64,000 bases of DNA from Laetmonice hystrix (taxonomy: Eukaryota). The DNA lies in the NCBI GenBank assembly GCA_965235115.1, contig OZ249436.1:47990001-48054000 (forward strand). The letters run 5' to 3'. The notes beneath the pieces are model-generated. The model was not told where the DNA came from. It saw only the letters and a list, made by a program, of their open reading frames with translations, and did no database searches. Shown here piece after piece: positions 40,006 to 51,652 of the stretch; position 1 is the first letter of the stretch, and every line of letters starts with the position of its first letter. The translations under genes and the position numbers were made by a program.

Positions 40006-40208
40006 CATTATGTCTAAAGACCAGGTTGGTTGCCTTGACATTTTTTCTATTACGTGTGATTATTATACGTTGGTTACAACAATGAGTTGGATTCCCCCCA
40101 AAAGTATGTGATGATCAGTGCCCATAGCAACGGGCTGGCCCAATACCGGCGCCTGACAACGGGTTTTCACCGGAACTGGACACGAGAAGACCGGAAGCCG
40201 AGATACGA

Positions 40209-42101
40209 AGAATCTCAGGGTCAGTCTCGGTAACGCCAGAATCTCAGGGTCTGGATGATCGAGACGGAAAGGACTTCAGTCTCGGTAACGCCAGAATCTC
40301 AGGGTCTGGATGATCGAGACGGAAAGGACTTCAGTCTCGATAACGCCAGAATCTCAGGGTCTGGATGATCGAGACGGAAAGGACTTCAGTCTCGGTAACG
40401 CCAGAATCTCAGGGTCTGGATGATCTAGACGGAAAGGACTTCGATCTCGGTAACGTCAGAATCTCAGGGTCTGGATGATCGAGACGGAAAGGACTTCAGT
40501 CTCGGTAACGCCAGAATCTCAGGGTCTGGATGATCGAGACGGAAAGGACTTCAGTCTCGATAACGCCAGAATCTCAGGGTCTGGATGATCGAGACGGGAA
40601 GGACTTCAGTCTCGGTAACGCCAGAACCTCAGGGTCTGGATGATCGAGACGGAAAGGACTTCGATCTCGGTAACGTCAGAATCTCAGGGTCTGGATGATC
40701 GAGACGGACTGAAAGGACTTCAGTCTCGGTAACGCCAGAATCTCAGGGTCTGGATGATCGAGACGGAAAGGACTTCAGTCTCGGTAACGCCAGAATCTCA
40801 GGGTCTGGATGATCGAGACGGAAAGGACTTCAGTCTCGGTAACGCCAGAATCTCAGGGTCTGGATGATCGAGACGGAAAGGACTTCAGTCTCGGTAACGC
40901 CAGAATCTCAGGGTCTGGATGATCGAGACGGAAAGGACTTCAGTCTCGGTAACGCCAGAATCTCAGGGTCTGGATGATCGAGACGGAAAGGACTTCAGTC
41001 TCGGTAACGCCAGAATCTCAGGGTCTGGATGATCGAGACGGAAAGGACTTCAGTCTCGGTAACGCCAGAATCTCAGGGTCTGGATGATCGAGACGGAAAG
41101 GACTTCAGTCCCGGTAACGCCAGAATCTCAGGGTCTGGATGATCGAGACGGAAAGGACTTCAGTCCCGGTAACGCCAGAATCTCAGGGTCTGGATGATCG
41201 AGACGGAAAGGACTTCAGTCTCGGTAACGCCAGAATCTCAGGGTCTGGATGATCGAGACGGTAAGGACTTCAGTCTCGGTAACGTCAGAATCTTAGGGTC
41301 TGGATGATCGAGACGGAAATGACTTCAGTCTCGGTAACTTCAGAATCTCTGGGTCTGGATGATCGAGACGGAAAGGACTTCAGTCTCGGTAACGCCAGAA
41401 TCTCAGGGTCTGGATGATCAAGGCGGAAAGGACTTCAGTCTCGGTAACGTCAGAATCTCAGGGTCTGGATGATCTAGAGGGAAAGGACTTCGGTCTCGGT
41501 AACGCCAGAATCTCAGGGTCTGGATGATCGAGACGGAAAGGACTTCGGTCTCGGTAACGTCAGAATCTCAGGGTCTGGATGATCGAGACGGAAAGGACTT
41601 CAGTCTCGGTAACGTCAGAATCTCAGGGTCTGGATGATCGAGACGGAAAGGACTTCAGTCTCGGTAACGCCAGAATCTCAGGGTCTGGATGATCGAGACG
41701 GAAAGGACTTCAGTCTCGATAACGCCAGAATCTCAGGGTCTGGATGATCGAGACGGAAAGGACTTCAGTCCCGGTAACGCCAGAATCTCAGGGTCTGGAT
41801 GATCGAGACGGAAAGGACTTCAGTCTCGGTAACGCCAGAATCTCAGGGTCTGGATGATCGAGACGGACTGAAAGGACTTCGGTCTCGGTAACGTCAGAAT
41901 CTCAGGGTCTGGATGATCGAGACGGAAAGGACTTCAGTCTCGGTAACGCCAGAATCTCAGGGTCTGGATGATCGAGACGGAAAGGACTTCAGTCTCGGTA
42001 ACGTCAGAATCTCAGGGTCTGGATGATCGAGACGGAAAGGACTTCGGTCTCGGTAACGCCAGAATCTCAGGGTCTGGATGATCGAGACGGAAAGGACTTC
42101 A
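40209..42101. repeat. 55-bp hairpin-forming minisatellite, ~34 copies
   Basis: Unit CAGTCTCGGTAACGCCAGAATCTCAGGGTCTGGATGATCGAGACGGAAAGGACTT. Confidence 0.98.
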
Positions 42102-43559
42102 GCTCAACGGACTGCAAGCCGATCGGACACGAGCCCGTTAGGTTTAGGGTTAGGTTTAGGTTAGGGTTAGTTGATACTTATAGAATACTGATGTTGGTCG
42201 TTCTCGTTCTCGTTCCCCGCTATAGCCGGGCTTGTTACGCATCTAGGCCTACATGATTCGCATTTCGCTTGTTTCATTGGGTTGAAGTTTTGAGCCCAAT
42301 TTGCTATGATTGGCCTCTGAAATATTATTTTCGGTTAATTTTGCTCCCAAATGGTTTTGGGCGCGTCGTGTAATAGGAATATCACGACATCTCGACCGTA
42401 ATTCTGACGCTCTGGGATCAATCGTCTCATTTACAGAGAACTTCCTCGATCAAAGGAAATGCGCAGAACCATATTTACATGAAATGATGGGCTGATTATT
42501 GCAGAGAGGGCAGTAAGGGCGCCCCAGGAACGACGAACCACGAACTTGAGGCTTCTCTAATATAGTTTTCCTCCAGTCTATCCAAACCAGCGGATGGCAG
42601 TTAGATGCAATTTCTAAAGTAAATAATGAATTGTTGGCCAGCAAACAGCCCCGGTGCCCGGTCATGTTTGGCTCTTGGCGGCCCTTCCACAACTATATGT
42701 CAGCTGTCTTCTAGTTGTTTGATTGGAACTGACACATATTTTCTAAGAAAAAATAGTCAAATGCTCCCCATGAACAGATTTGCCACATAGGCCTAGACCT
42801 ACATTATTTGACTAAGAATATGTTAGTATGTAACATGCATGAGAAACATGCATTTAGAAAACTCCCTGCGCCAGAACTCCCAATTTCTCCCCCTGTAATT
42901 GTAAAATCAGCCCCAGGTGAGACCAGAGAGTGTGACCAACCTATAACTGAGACTATACGGTCTGGCGTTCACCCCCGCACACAACACTGGAGAAACGTTA
43001 CGTCTGACGTTCCGATGACGGAGTGCGTGAGACGCGGTAACGTTACGTCATGTGGGGCGTCCTCACGGCCAAAACAGATGACGGAGCTAAACAACCCACG
43101 GCGTTCCATACAGTTCTACCTATGCCTGCCGTTTACGGTTGTCATGGAAACTGCCAGAAGCTGTTTACAAATGCAGATTTGAGTCCCTTTCTGCATAGCC
43201 TCAATGGCAACAGGCGAAAGGTCAGCAGTTGGTCAGGGTACACGAAATGGCCTGGGTTCGCGATCGCTCAGAGATGGGCTGGTCCGATTTCAATAGAGTA
43301 TTGCAGAGAAACCGCAAGTCTGCATCAAGTAGCATTTTAAACTGTCCTCAGAACGCCAGTTTTTGTTTCAGCGCAATGGCGTTCAGTGACTCCTTTCTAT
43401 ATTTGTTATATCGTGTCCCCAGTGGGAGACATCAACGTTCAATTTGAAACAACATCTTAACAATCTTTGTTTGTCAGTTTTGACTCTTATCAGTACTTAC
43501 ACTCGATGTTTTTCATAATGAGACTCAAGTCATTTAGTATTTTGTAGGGTAGCTACATG

Positions 43560-43990
43560 ACCAAACTATTGCGGCCATTCTTCTGTGCATTGTCCTGCGA
43601 TGACGTCGATCTTCAGCTATGTGTGGTCTTTCTTGACCGACCACTTTTGTAAAATTTCTCTTGTCTGTAGTTTCTTGGTACCTCTCCAATACCCGGTAAC
43701 CTGTTTGGCAGCAGCAGTGAAACCATCTGGCAATATTTTGGACGGAAATATCTTCCTCTCTGAGGCAGACGATTGCTCTCCGTTCTGTGTTGTCAGATCT
43801 CATACTTCTGACATGGTAACACCAAAGGGAACGTCATTCTGCACTAGGTTTCCCGACGACTTTTATACAACAAACCTCGACATCTGATATGTAATGCGAA
43901 ATTGACAGGACACGGTTGAATGTGCGACTCCAGTATTACTGAGAACTTCTAAAGAGTGCATGATGCAATACTTTTGTCTAGTGAGTATAT
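43560..43990 (-). mobile_element. 5' remnant of a Tc1-like element (TIR plus transposase DNA-binding domain)
   Basis: The minus strand begins TATACTCACTAGACAAAAGTATTG (Tc1-like terminus at a TA). It then encodes ..ERRAIVCLREEDISVQNIARWFHCCCQTGYRVLERYQETT..AEDRR, resembling the paired-like HTH of Tc1 transposases. Confidence 0.7.
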
Positions 43991-45035
43991 ATACACGCGT
44001 CGTTCGAATGGGGGCCCTATGGCAAACTCGTTGTTGTTGATGTTCTGACCGGGTCCCAAATCGGCCTAGTGCATGCTGGGATTCTCTGGCACCAACTCCA
44101 CAACGTCTAATTAATGATAAAACATAGTTTGGGGTGGCAAATTGATATCATTTTGAACTTTGGGCCTTTATGATATTTCAACGCCAGACGTTCAAATCAT
44201 AATGCAGGAGGGGGAGCAGGAATGATGCCAATGGGAGGTCAGGAGGTCAGCCTTCGGGTCGGGAGGTCACAGGGCATGTTACACTGGGGAAAAATATCAC
44301 CTTCTGAGTTAAGGTCCATGGATTTCGTTCCATAAAGGCAACCACAACACCGCAGACGATCTAGAAAGAATATTTCAGTTATCAACATATTATCTTGAGT
44401 CCGTCCTAAACGGCCGAACACAGACCTGCAAGGTCGGAGCTGTGATGTTTTTGAAACACCATTCACATCCAGCGAATCCCGATTTAACATAGATCAGCCT
44501 TTCATTACGATGTTGTCGGGGAATAAGAGTAAGAAATGAATAATGCAATGTCAGCAAATGAAATTGTTTATAAAATCGGGGTAGGGGAGAGACTAGCGAG
44601 GCGGGAAAGAGAGGCAAGACAAAGCTTTATGGAAATGAGACATCGTATGCGGGCATTGAAACTATAGGACGATGGAATTACCATAATCTTAAAACTGATT
44701 GTAAATCCCATAAAATCCACCCACACAGCCAGAGAGAGAGAAGAGAACTTAGTGATGGCTGTTGTAAAGTTATAGTATAATCACTAGGAACGAGTGAGGA
44801 CACAGCTGAATCCATGATTGATTTTTTTAACCCCTCGGGAATCGTTAGACCTAATTCAACGGCTGCCTCGTAGGGCAAGAGTAGGCTTGTTTCAGAAGCA
44901 TCCCGCATTTTTATGTTTTTTGATATTTCTGATATTCGCTTTGAAGAGCATCCATCTTAAAAACGCAGGGTCACAGAATCGAGGATGATCGCATGGTAGA
45001 TGGCAAATTGCAGCATAGATCAATTGGGCCCATTT

Positions 45036-45190
45036 GAAAGAAAGCAAGAAAGAAAGCAAAAAAAGCAAGCAAGAAAGAAAACAAGCAAGAAAACAAGAAA
45101 GAAATGAAGGAAGAAAGAAAGAAAGTAAGAAAGAAAGAAAGAAAGAAAGTAAGAAAGAAAGTAAGAAAGTAAGAAAGTAAGAAAGAAAAA
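45036..45190. repeat. (GAAA)n-type purine microsatellite
   Basis: Runs of GAAA/GCAA/GTAA. Confidence 0.9.
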
Positions 45191-46105
45191 ATGACTTTGT
45201 CAGGATTCGTGGCAAGTCTAACAAGTCTCGAAGGTCGACAGGCCGTCCGGGCAGTTTGACGCGACAATTTCATGATCACATCCATTAGAACAGTGCGACT
45301 CTCCGGATGCTAGTGGCGAGTTGACAAAATAATTCATTTAACTACCTTTTCACCTGCACGTATTTCCAGCTTAAGAAATCACTGAATTTCCGATAACTGG
45401 CAGCTGACAACTGGATGTACCTTGATAAAATGGTTCTGTTTTAGTGTTAGTTCGGGAGAATACGTGCACACTTGTCACTGCCGACGCCGGCATGGAAGTG
45501 AAAAATCTGCTTGAGGCCAGCATGATTTGTTAGTGGATACGGCATGGCCCGTCCTACCCCTTTATTACCCTGCTAACTGTAGCTTGAAACAATGTCTCGA
45601 GATTATCGACCTTGTCCTAATTAGTTCAGAATGATTTGATAATGTCGCTTTTAACAAGGCATAATGTAACCTTTGGCAGTGTCAGCTAACTTGTCATACA
45701 ACACAGAAAGTAGAACGCAGTGAAAGATTACAAGCAGAGCCAGGTAAAGTGGGAGGTCAGGGGGGCGTTCCTCATCTGTCGTTATCTTGTCGTGCGTTAA
45801 AATCCCCATTGAAAATACATTGGAGTTAACGATACGACAAGCTAACGACATGCTGCGGAACACCCCCCTGGGAGGCCAAACAGCTCCGGATCCCTTTATA
45901 AGAGCCTTCAGAGTTATATCTGATCTACTACACTTTCGTAATATGACCCTTTTCCCCAGCGTTCCCCAACCTGACGAGTAAATGTATCACATGCAAGTTA
46001 GATTGAAAGGTTCGTTGTATAACAGCAGGTGAGACTACAAACTATCACATTCTAAAGTACAATTCAAACGACGTGATCAGGGAGTTGGTTGATGCTAGAA
46101 CTCAC

Positions 46106-46313
46106 CGTTTTGGAGGTCCCGCGACTTCTTGGCTATTGTACAGAAGATCAGCATGTAGGCCGTGATCATGGAGACGAGTGGGATGACAAACATGAAGAGG
46201 ACTGACAGACAACTGTAAAGCTGTTCCTGCCATTTCTCATTGTAGGCGCCGTACGTGACACACTGGTAGAACTCCTCCACGAACGGGCCACGCTCTAGTC
46301 GGAAAATGTAAGA
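46106..46313 (-). CDS. CrzR: Corazonin-type receptor (GnRH/AKH/corazonin receptor superfamily, class A GPCR), internal exon encoding ECL2-TM5-start of ICL3
   Basis: Translates SYIFRLERGPFVEEFYQCVTYGAYNEKWQEQLYSCLSVLFMFVIPLVSMITAYMLIFCTIAKKSRDLQN. RGPFxEEFYQCVTxG and WQEQLY are recognisable corazonin-receptor ECL2 motifs. Acceptor TTTTCAG (AG at 46315-46314, phase 0); donor G|GTGAG (GT at 46105-46104, phase 1). Confidence 0.93.
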
Positions 46314-46823
46314 CTGAAAATAGACCGGGAAGAAAGTCAATAATTGGAACAAGTTGTGGTAAAAAAATCATTTAGAACATTTTATGAGAAATTCTGCAAC
46401 TTTTAAACATGCCCAGAATATTCCTAAATCTTCAAAAGACATCAGACTCCTCCATGGCACAATCAGTCTTAATCTGGTCGCCTTATAGTTCTGGACCAAA
46501 ATAATTAAAGCAGCCATTTCAAGGCATCATTTTTAACACATAATGTTTAACCCCTAAAGCTCTATAGGCTTAGATCGCAAACCCACTTTGTAACCCCAGC
46601 CTGGAGATTTTACAAGTGACCAGTGTTTTCCATGTATGTAGGGTTCTGTATGCTAAACAGCCCTTTATTTATACAAATCCGAATGGGACTTTCATGTTTG
46701 GAGTTTGGAGTGCGTCTTTAATGTCATCACGCAAGGTACTAATAGCCCTCGTGGCAGACATGGGCCAAATGATTCGTGTTAGGCTTGTAGAGGAAACAAA
46801 CATTGCCAAGTTCTGTAGATTGA

Positions 46824-47319
46824 AACATTGTGACTGGTCATATCCTTGGGGTGTAACATTGTGACTGGTCACATCCTTGGGGTGTAACATTGTGACTGGT
46901 CACATCCTTGGGGTGTAACGTCGTGACTGGTCACATCCTTGGGGTGTAACATTGTGACTGGTCACATCCTTGGGGTGTAACATTGTGACTGGTCACATCC
47001 TTGGGGTGTAACATTGTGACTGGTCACATCCTTGGGGTGTAACATCGTGACTGGTCACATCCTTGGGGTGTAACATCGTGACTGGTCACATCCTTGGGGT
47101 GTAACATTGTGACTGGTCACATCCTTGGGGTGTAACATTGTGACTGGTCACATCCTTGGGGTGTAACATTGTGACTGGTCACATCCTTGGGGTGTAACAT
47201 TGTGACTAGTCACATCCTTGGGGTGTAACATTGTGACTGGTCACATCCTTGGGGTGTAACATTGTGACTGGTCACATCCTTGGGGTGTAACATTGTGACT
47301 GGTCACATCCTTGGGGTGT
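46824..47319. repeat. 31-bp minisatellite, ~16 copies, with an internal palindrome
   Basis: Unit AACATTGTGACTGGTCACATCCTTGGGGTGT (TGTGAC-TG-GTCACA). Confidence 0.97.
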
Positions 47320-48594
47320 ATCCTGCATGTCTTCCACTTCGTTCTCTTTAAGTGTTTATCCATTCAGTCAGAGATATGAAACATGAAAGATGCAGTGTCT
47401 CTTATCTGTCCGTTTGAAAGACCACAGAGAGACTGAAGTTATATTTCCCTTGTCTCTCTCGTCCATGTATTTTTTTTTGGGGGGGGGGGGGTGTTCTTTA
47501 TCTAAGGGAACAAAGTTTGCCATTCCATATAGCACCGAGCACGTTTCTTTCTATAAGAGAGGAGCATGGAGACTCTGCAATATTAATATTATAGCCGCGA
47601 GCTAGAATAATAATGGTGCTATAGGATGGGAGCCAAGCCAGTGAGGAGGGCCTGGCCGGGGGGTCTGAGGCCGGGGTAGCGCCGAAACCACCTAAAATAC
47701 CACACAATTAATCTTATTCCACCCACTCACACTCCCTGTGATGTGATTACCAGAGGCCAGGGGCAGGGTGGAAATGTGGCATCTTATGGGCAGTATAGAG
47801 AGTGTCCCGGCGCCTGTCACCCAATTATGGCTCGATCGAAGAGGCCCGAGTTCTACAGATCGCCTGCACACAGCCACCAGGCTGCCATCAATTTCAGGTG
47901 TATACATCATCTGTGGTGATAATTTGAGGCGGATCCCAGGAACAATGACTCCAGTTTGATCCCAGGAACAATGACTCCAGTTTGAGCTGGTATCGTCCAT
48001 GGAACTATTCACGTTCAGACCCACGGTGTCTATCTTACAACATTAAAGCAACATGATTCGGCAAAATTTTTAGTCGTCGGTTGACTTTGAGTGTATGCCG
48101 GACCTATATTCGGGTTCCAACCTTACTGATATTGCTTTTCTTTCTAATTATATTACTTATTAATTGTGGGAAGCCATATGAAGCCATGTGTTTTGAATGT
48201 CACGTATTATACCAGGGAGATTCGCGTCGACATCGACCCCTGACATTTGGAGAGAGCGAGAGAGAGATATTCTTGACAGAGCCGCGAAGGGAACAACCTC
48301 AAGGCTTCAAGTAGCTGTCTCACTCGCTGAATCAGCCGGAATCTTCAGATTTACGATATGCAAACTATGTTTCAATGGTCATATATTTTTTTCATTTCGT
48401 ACGGTAGACAGAGAATCTCTTGCGTTTTTTTAGAAGTTTCTATTTATTTGCTACCAGCTAGAGAGAATTTGTCCACTCGCTCATTTTGATTTTAAAAACA
48501 TTCGTAGGCAGTGATATAGTCCACCCTTTCTTGTAATGAAAGTCGATGGTCACCTTTAAATTGTCCACTCCACAACAGGTGTAAGTGCACAGTC

Positions 48595-49196
48595 CGGATA
48601 CAGACTAGACTAAGAGTAGCAGAGGACGGATACAGACTAGATTAAGAGTAGCAGAGGACGGATACAGACTAGATTAAGAGTAGCAGAGGACGGATACAGA
48701 CTAGACTAAGAGTAGCAGAGGACGGATACAGACTAGATTAAGAGTAGCAGAGGACGGATACAGACTAGATTAAGAGTAGCAGAGGACGGATACAGACTAG
48801 ACTAAGAGTAGCAGAGGACGGATACAGACTAGATTAAGAGTAGCAGAGGACGGATACAGACTAGGCTAAGAGTAGCAGAGGACGGATACAGACTAGATTA
48901 AGAGTAGCAGAGGACGGATACAGACTAGATTAAGAGTAGCAGAGGACGGATACAGACTAGACTAAGAGTAGCAGAGGACGGATACAGACTAGATTAAGAG
49001 TAGCAGAGGACGGATACAGACTAGACTAAGAGTAGCAGAGGACGGATACAGACTAGATTAAGAGTAGCAGAGGACGGATACAGACTAGATTAAGAGTAGC
49101 AGAGGACGGATACAGACTAGACTAAGAGTAGCAGAGGACGGATACAGACTAGATTAAGAGTAGCAGAGGACGGATACAGAGTAGACTAAGAGTAGT
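48595..49196. repeat. 32-bp minisatellite, ~19 copies
   Basis: Unit CGGATACAGACTAGA(T/C)TAAGAGTAGCAGAGGA. Confidence 0.97.
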
Positions 49197-49605
49197 ACCG
49201 GAGTTGGATGGGTCTGACAAGGTAACCGGCCACAACTTCCGCCGGGAATTGATAGCGGACAGGGCGAAGTTATGAGTTTGTCCCTGAGCAAAATAACCTT
49301 GTGCCCTCTTTGGGAGTGGGTGGTCATATTCAGGGAAATGCAAACTCCAATAAAGATATCATTTCGGCCGATCCGTATGCCTACTATATCCAATTCCAAA
49401 TATAATACCATGTTTCTGATAGAAAACGATCGTTTATGTCAGCGCGAACACTAAACACTAAACCTGTGCTGCTGCAATACTAGAGAAAATAATTATGTCC
49501 TTCCTTTTTAAAGGTATATATGATCATGACAACTGTTAAATAACGGCAGTAATAATAAAGCACGATTACTCTGTACTGTCGCTGACTCTCAGTTCCAACA
49601 GAATA

Positions 49606-49756
49606 CAGGGGCGGAGGAAGCTGGAGGCAGAGGGGGCTGCTGCCCCCCCAATATTTATAAAATGACCGCATGGCTCAATGCAAAAACATAGGCGTAAGTC
49701 ATTGTGACGTCACTTCTGCCCCCCCCTCCAATAATTTGTTCCTTCCTACACTTCTG
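49606..49756. mobile_element. 151-bp CAG..CTG MITE with a 5-bp TSD (GAATA)
   Basis: GAATA|CAGGGGCGGAGGAAG ... CTTCCTACACTTCTG|GAATA, with internal G/C runs. Confidence 0.75.
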
Positions 49757-49840
49757 GAATACCCAGTGTTTGACACACGAACAGGTCCAACTCGGATTTG
49801 ACTCGAGTGGCAGCGCCGCCTAGCGGTTTCGCTTACATCA

Positions 49841-50041
49841 TTAAATCGGCGGGACCGGATTTGGCACTCCGAACAGTTCCCTTGATCGTCGAGCAGAGAC
49901 GGTAAGAATAATTGGATATAATTCCCCGGAGATTGATAGTTTATTCGTGCCTGATTGATCGTCACAAGTTGTGTATCCTCTCGGTGCGCCCATACAGAAC
50001 AAAGACAACGTCAAAATAACGCTCACAACATCGAGTTTCAT
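49841..50041 (-). CDS. Candidate small secreted peptide precursor (66 aa), or the 5' part of a disrupted secreted-protein gene, nested in the receptor intron
   Basis: AAAATG context. MKLDVVSVILTLSLFCMGAPRG is a basic-then-hydrophobic signal-like N-terminus; RRSR precedes the C-terminal ELFGVPNPVPPI*. TATAAATA lies ~100 nt upstream. No homology recognised. Confidence 0.35.
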   Translation of the reverse strand: MKLDVVSVILTLSLFCMGAPRGYTTCDDQSGTNKLSISGELYPIILTVSARRSRELFGVPNPVPPI

Positions 50042-50106
50042 TTTATAATTCTGGCATGTATCATCAGGCAATAATAAGGCGGTAGTATTAACTTCTTGTA
50101 TTGTTC

Positions 50107-50148
50107 ACTGATGCTTTGTGACATTCTGTGGCCCCGGCAATATTTATA
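50107..50148 (-). promoter_or_regulatory. TATA box with downstream initiator-like motifs
   Basis: Minus-strand TATAAATA at 50148-50141, a TCA ~29 nt downstream (50121-50119) and TCAGT at 50111-50107, all upstream of the ATG at 50041. Confidence 0.35.
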
Positions 50149-50878
50149 GTATGTTCACATGTTGTTTTCTGAAACATTCTTTCTGACGCTTGGCAAGCCG
50201 TGTCAGAAATCACGCAATAATACCGTTAGTCCCTTTTACCGACCCGACCATGAATGTAATTTTATTGGTGATTATAACTTCTCATGCTAGGGTAGAAGCT
50301 TAGAACTTCCCATATATAGAAAATAGATTATGAAATAAAGTACGTCTCGGGTTTGATGCCTTCAGAATCTGCAATACTTTCTTCAGTGTCGGTATATTAA
50401 TCTTCACCTTTTTCCAATGGGTCAAATAATTCATTTATTTTGAGACTGAACGCAAACGTTCCTTTTCTGATGGGATTTACAAGCGGATGACATCTCCTGA
50501 TAAGTACATGCATAATATCTGTTCGATATAAAGGAATTTGTCCATAAAGGCGACTTTGCACGCAACTACCTTATACGATGTTTACCTCATTACTTATACT
50601 TAAGGGGCTCTGATGGAATCGTGTCGTGTCTTGTCGCAAGCGTTCTCACACGTACGATATCGTGCGCACATCGCATGATTTTAGGCAGATCGTAGGTTAT
50701 CGTGCGATATCGTAGCCGAAATTGTATGCGTGTATGATCCCCATATTCATAGCGAGGTATGTAGGGCATGCAATTACTATACCAAGTGGATTCAGTTATT
50801 CAAATCCCAACCTGCACGGAGATCGCAGTTCGCAGCTGTTACCCTAATTAAATCACACCACCATGCCCCTTGATCGAG

Positions 50879-50994
50879 AGGATTGTGTATTATGTGGGAC
50901 TTGATTGAAAGGATTATGTATTATGTGGGACTTGATTGAAAGGATTATGTATTACGTGGGACTTGATTGAAAGGATTGTATATTACGTGCGACT
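50879..50994. repeat. 31-bp minisatellite, ~4 copies
   Basis: Unit AGGATTATGTATTATGTGGGACTTGATTGAA. Confidence 0.9.
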
Positions 50995-51652
50995 CAGGAC
51001 TGATCATCTACCTGGTATTTGACAGCTAATCATGGCCATCCGGACTGAGTATCTCAATATTGCCTTGCTATAGAAGTCAGTAATGGACATTAATCCTATA
51101 ATAGGTTCCTCAGGAGCCATGCAAGGGAGATCTATTCAAATTTACAAATAATATATTCCCATGGATGCGTGTTACATTGGGAGTTAATATTTCCTGGTGA
51201 TCTCTGGACTTACTGAATGATATAGATAAATAGAAGTATGGAAAACGCGATACAATGAAAAAAAGGGGGTTGTTCATGACAGCAAATTTCCTATTCAAAA
51301 TAGAGGCACGCTGAGAAAGAACCCCACTCTGGCAGCTCTAATATCGAGAGATGACACACAGATACAACCTGCAACAAAGACATGTATTCATGTCATGGCG
51401 ATATGGGAACAACCAGATAAGGCTTTCACTATTTCCCACGAGGATAGGACATCAATCAAAGCCACTGTGTAATCCAGATCCGCATTTCCTTTATGATATG
51501 ATTTCCGAGTATTTAGGTGTGACAGGAGTTAATTACGCTGAATGCCTGACGCCGAGATGTCGACAAAATGACCCACAAAGGCAGCCCCAGCTACACCTGC
51601 GCTGCTGCCATTCATTGATGGTACGTGCTTTATTTCCACATTACAGACTGTA

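Noticed and set aside
40209..42101. Possible tandem hammerhead ribozyme (retrozyme) in the 55-bp unit (CTGGATGA..GAAA)
   Set aside because: The core is CTGGATGA rather than CTGANGA, and no convincing stem II/III geometry forms.
44892..45285. Hydrophobic membrane-protein-like ORFs (FLSFLL repeats); similarly 24634-24981
   Set aside because: These are translations of (GAAA)n and (CT)n microsatellites.
49785..49901. Plus-strand open segment ending in GTAAGA (possible antisense exon)
   Set aside because: The acceptor lacks a polypyrimidine tract and no partner exons were found.
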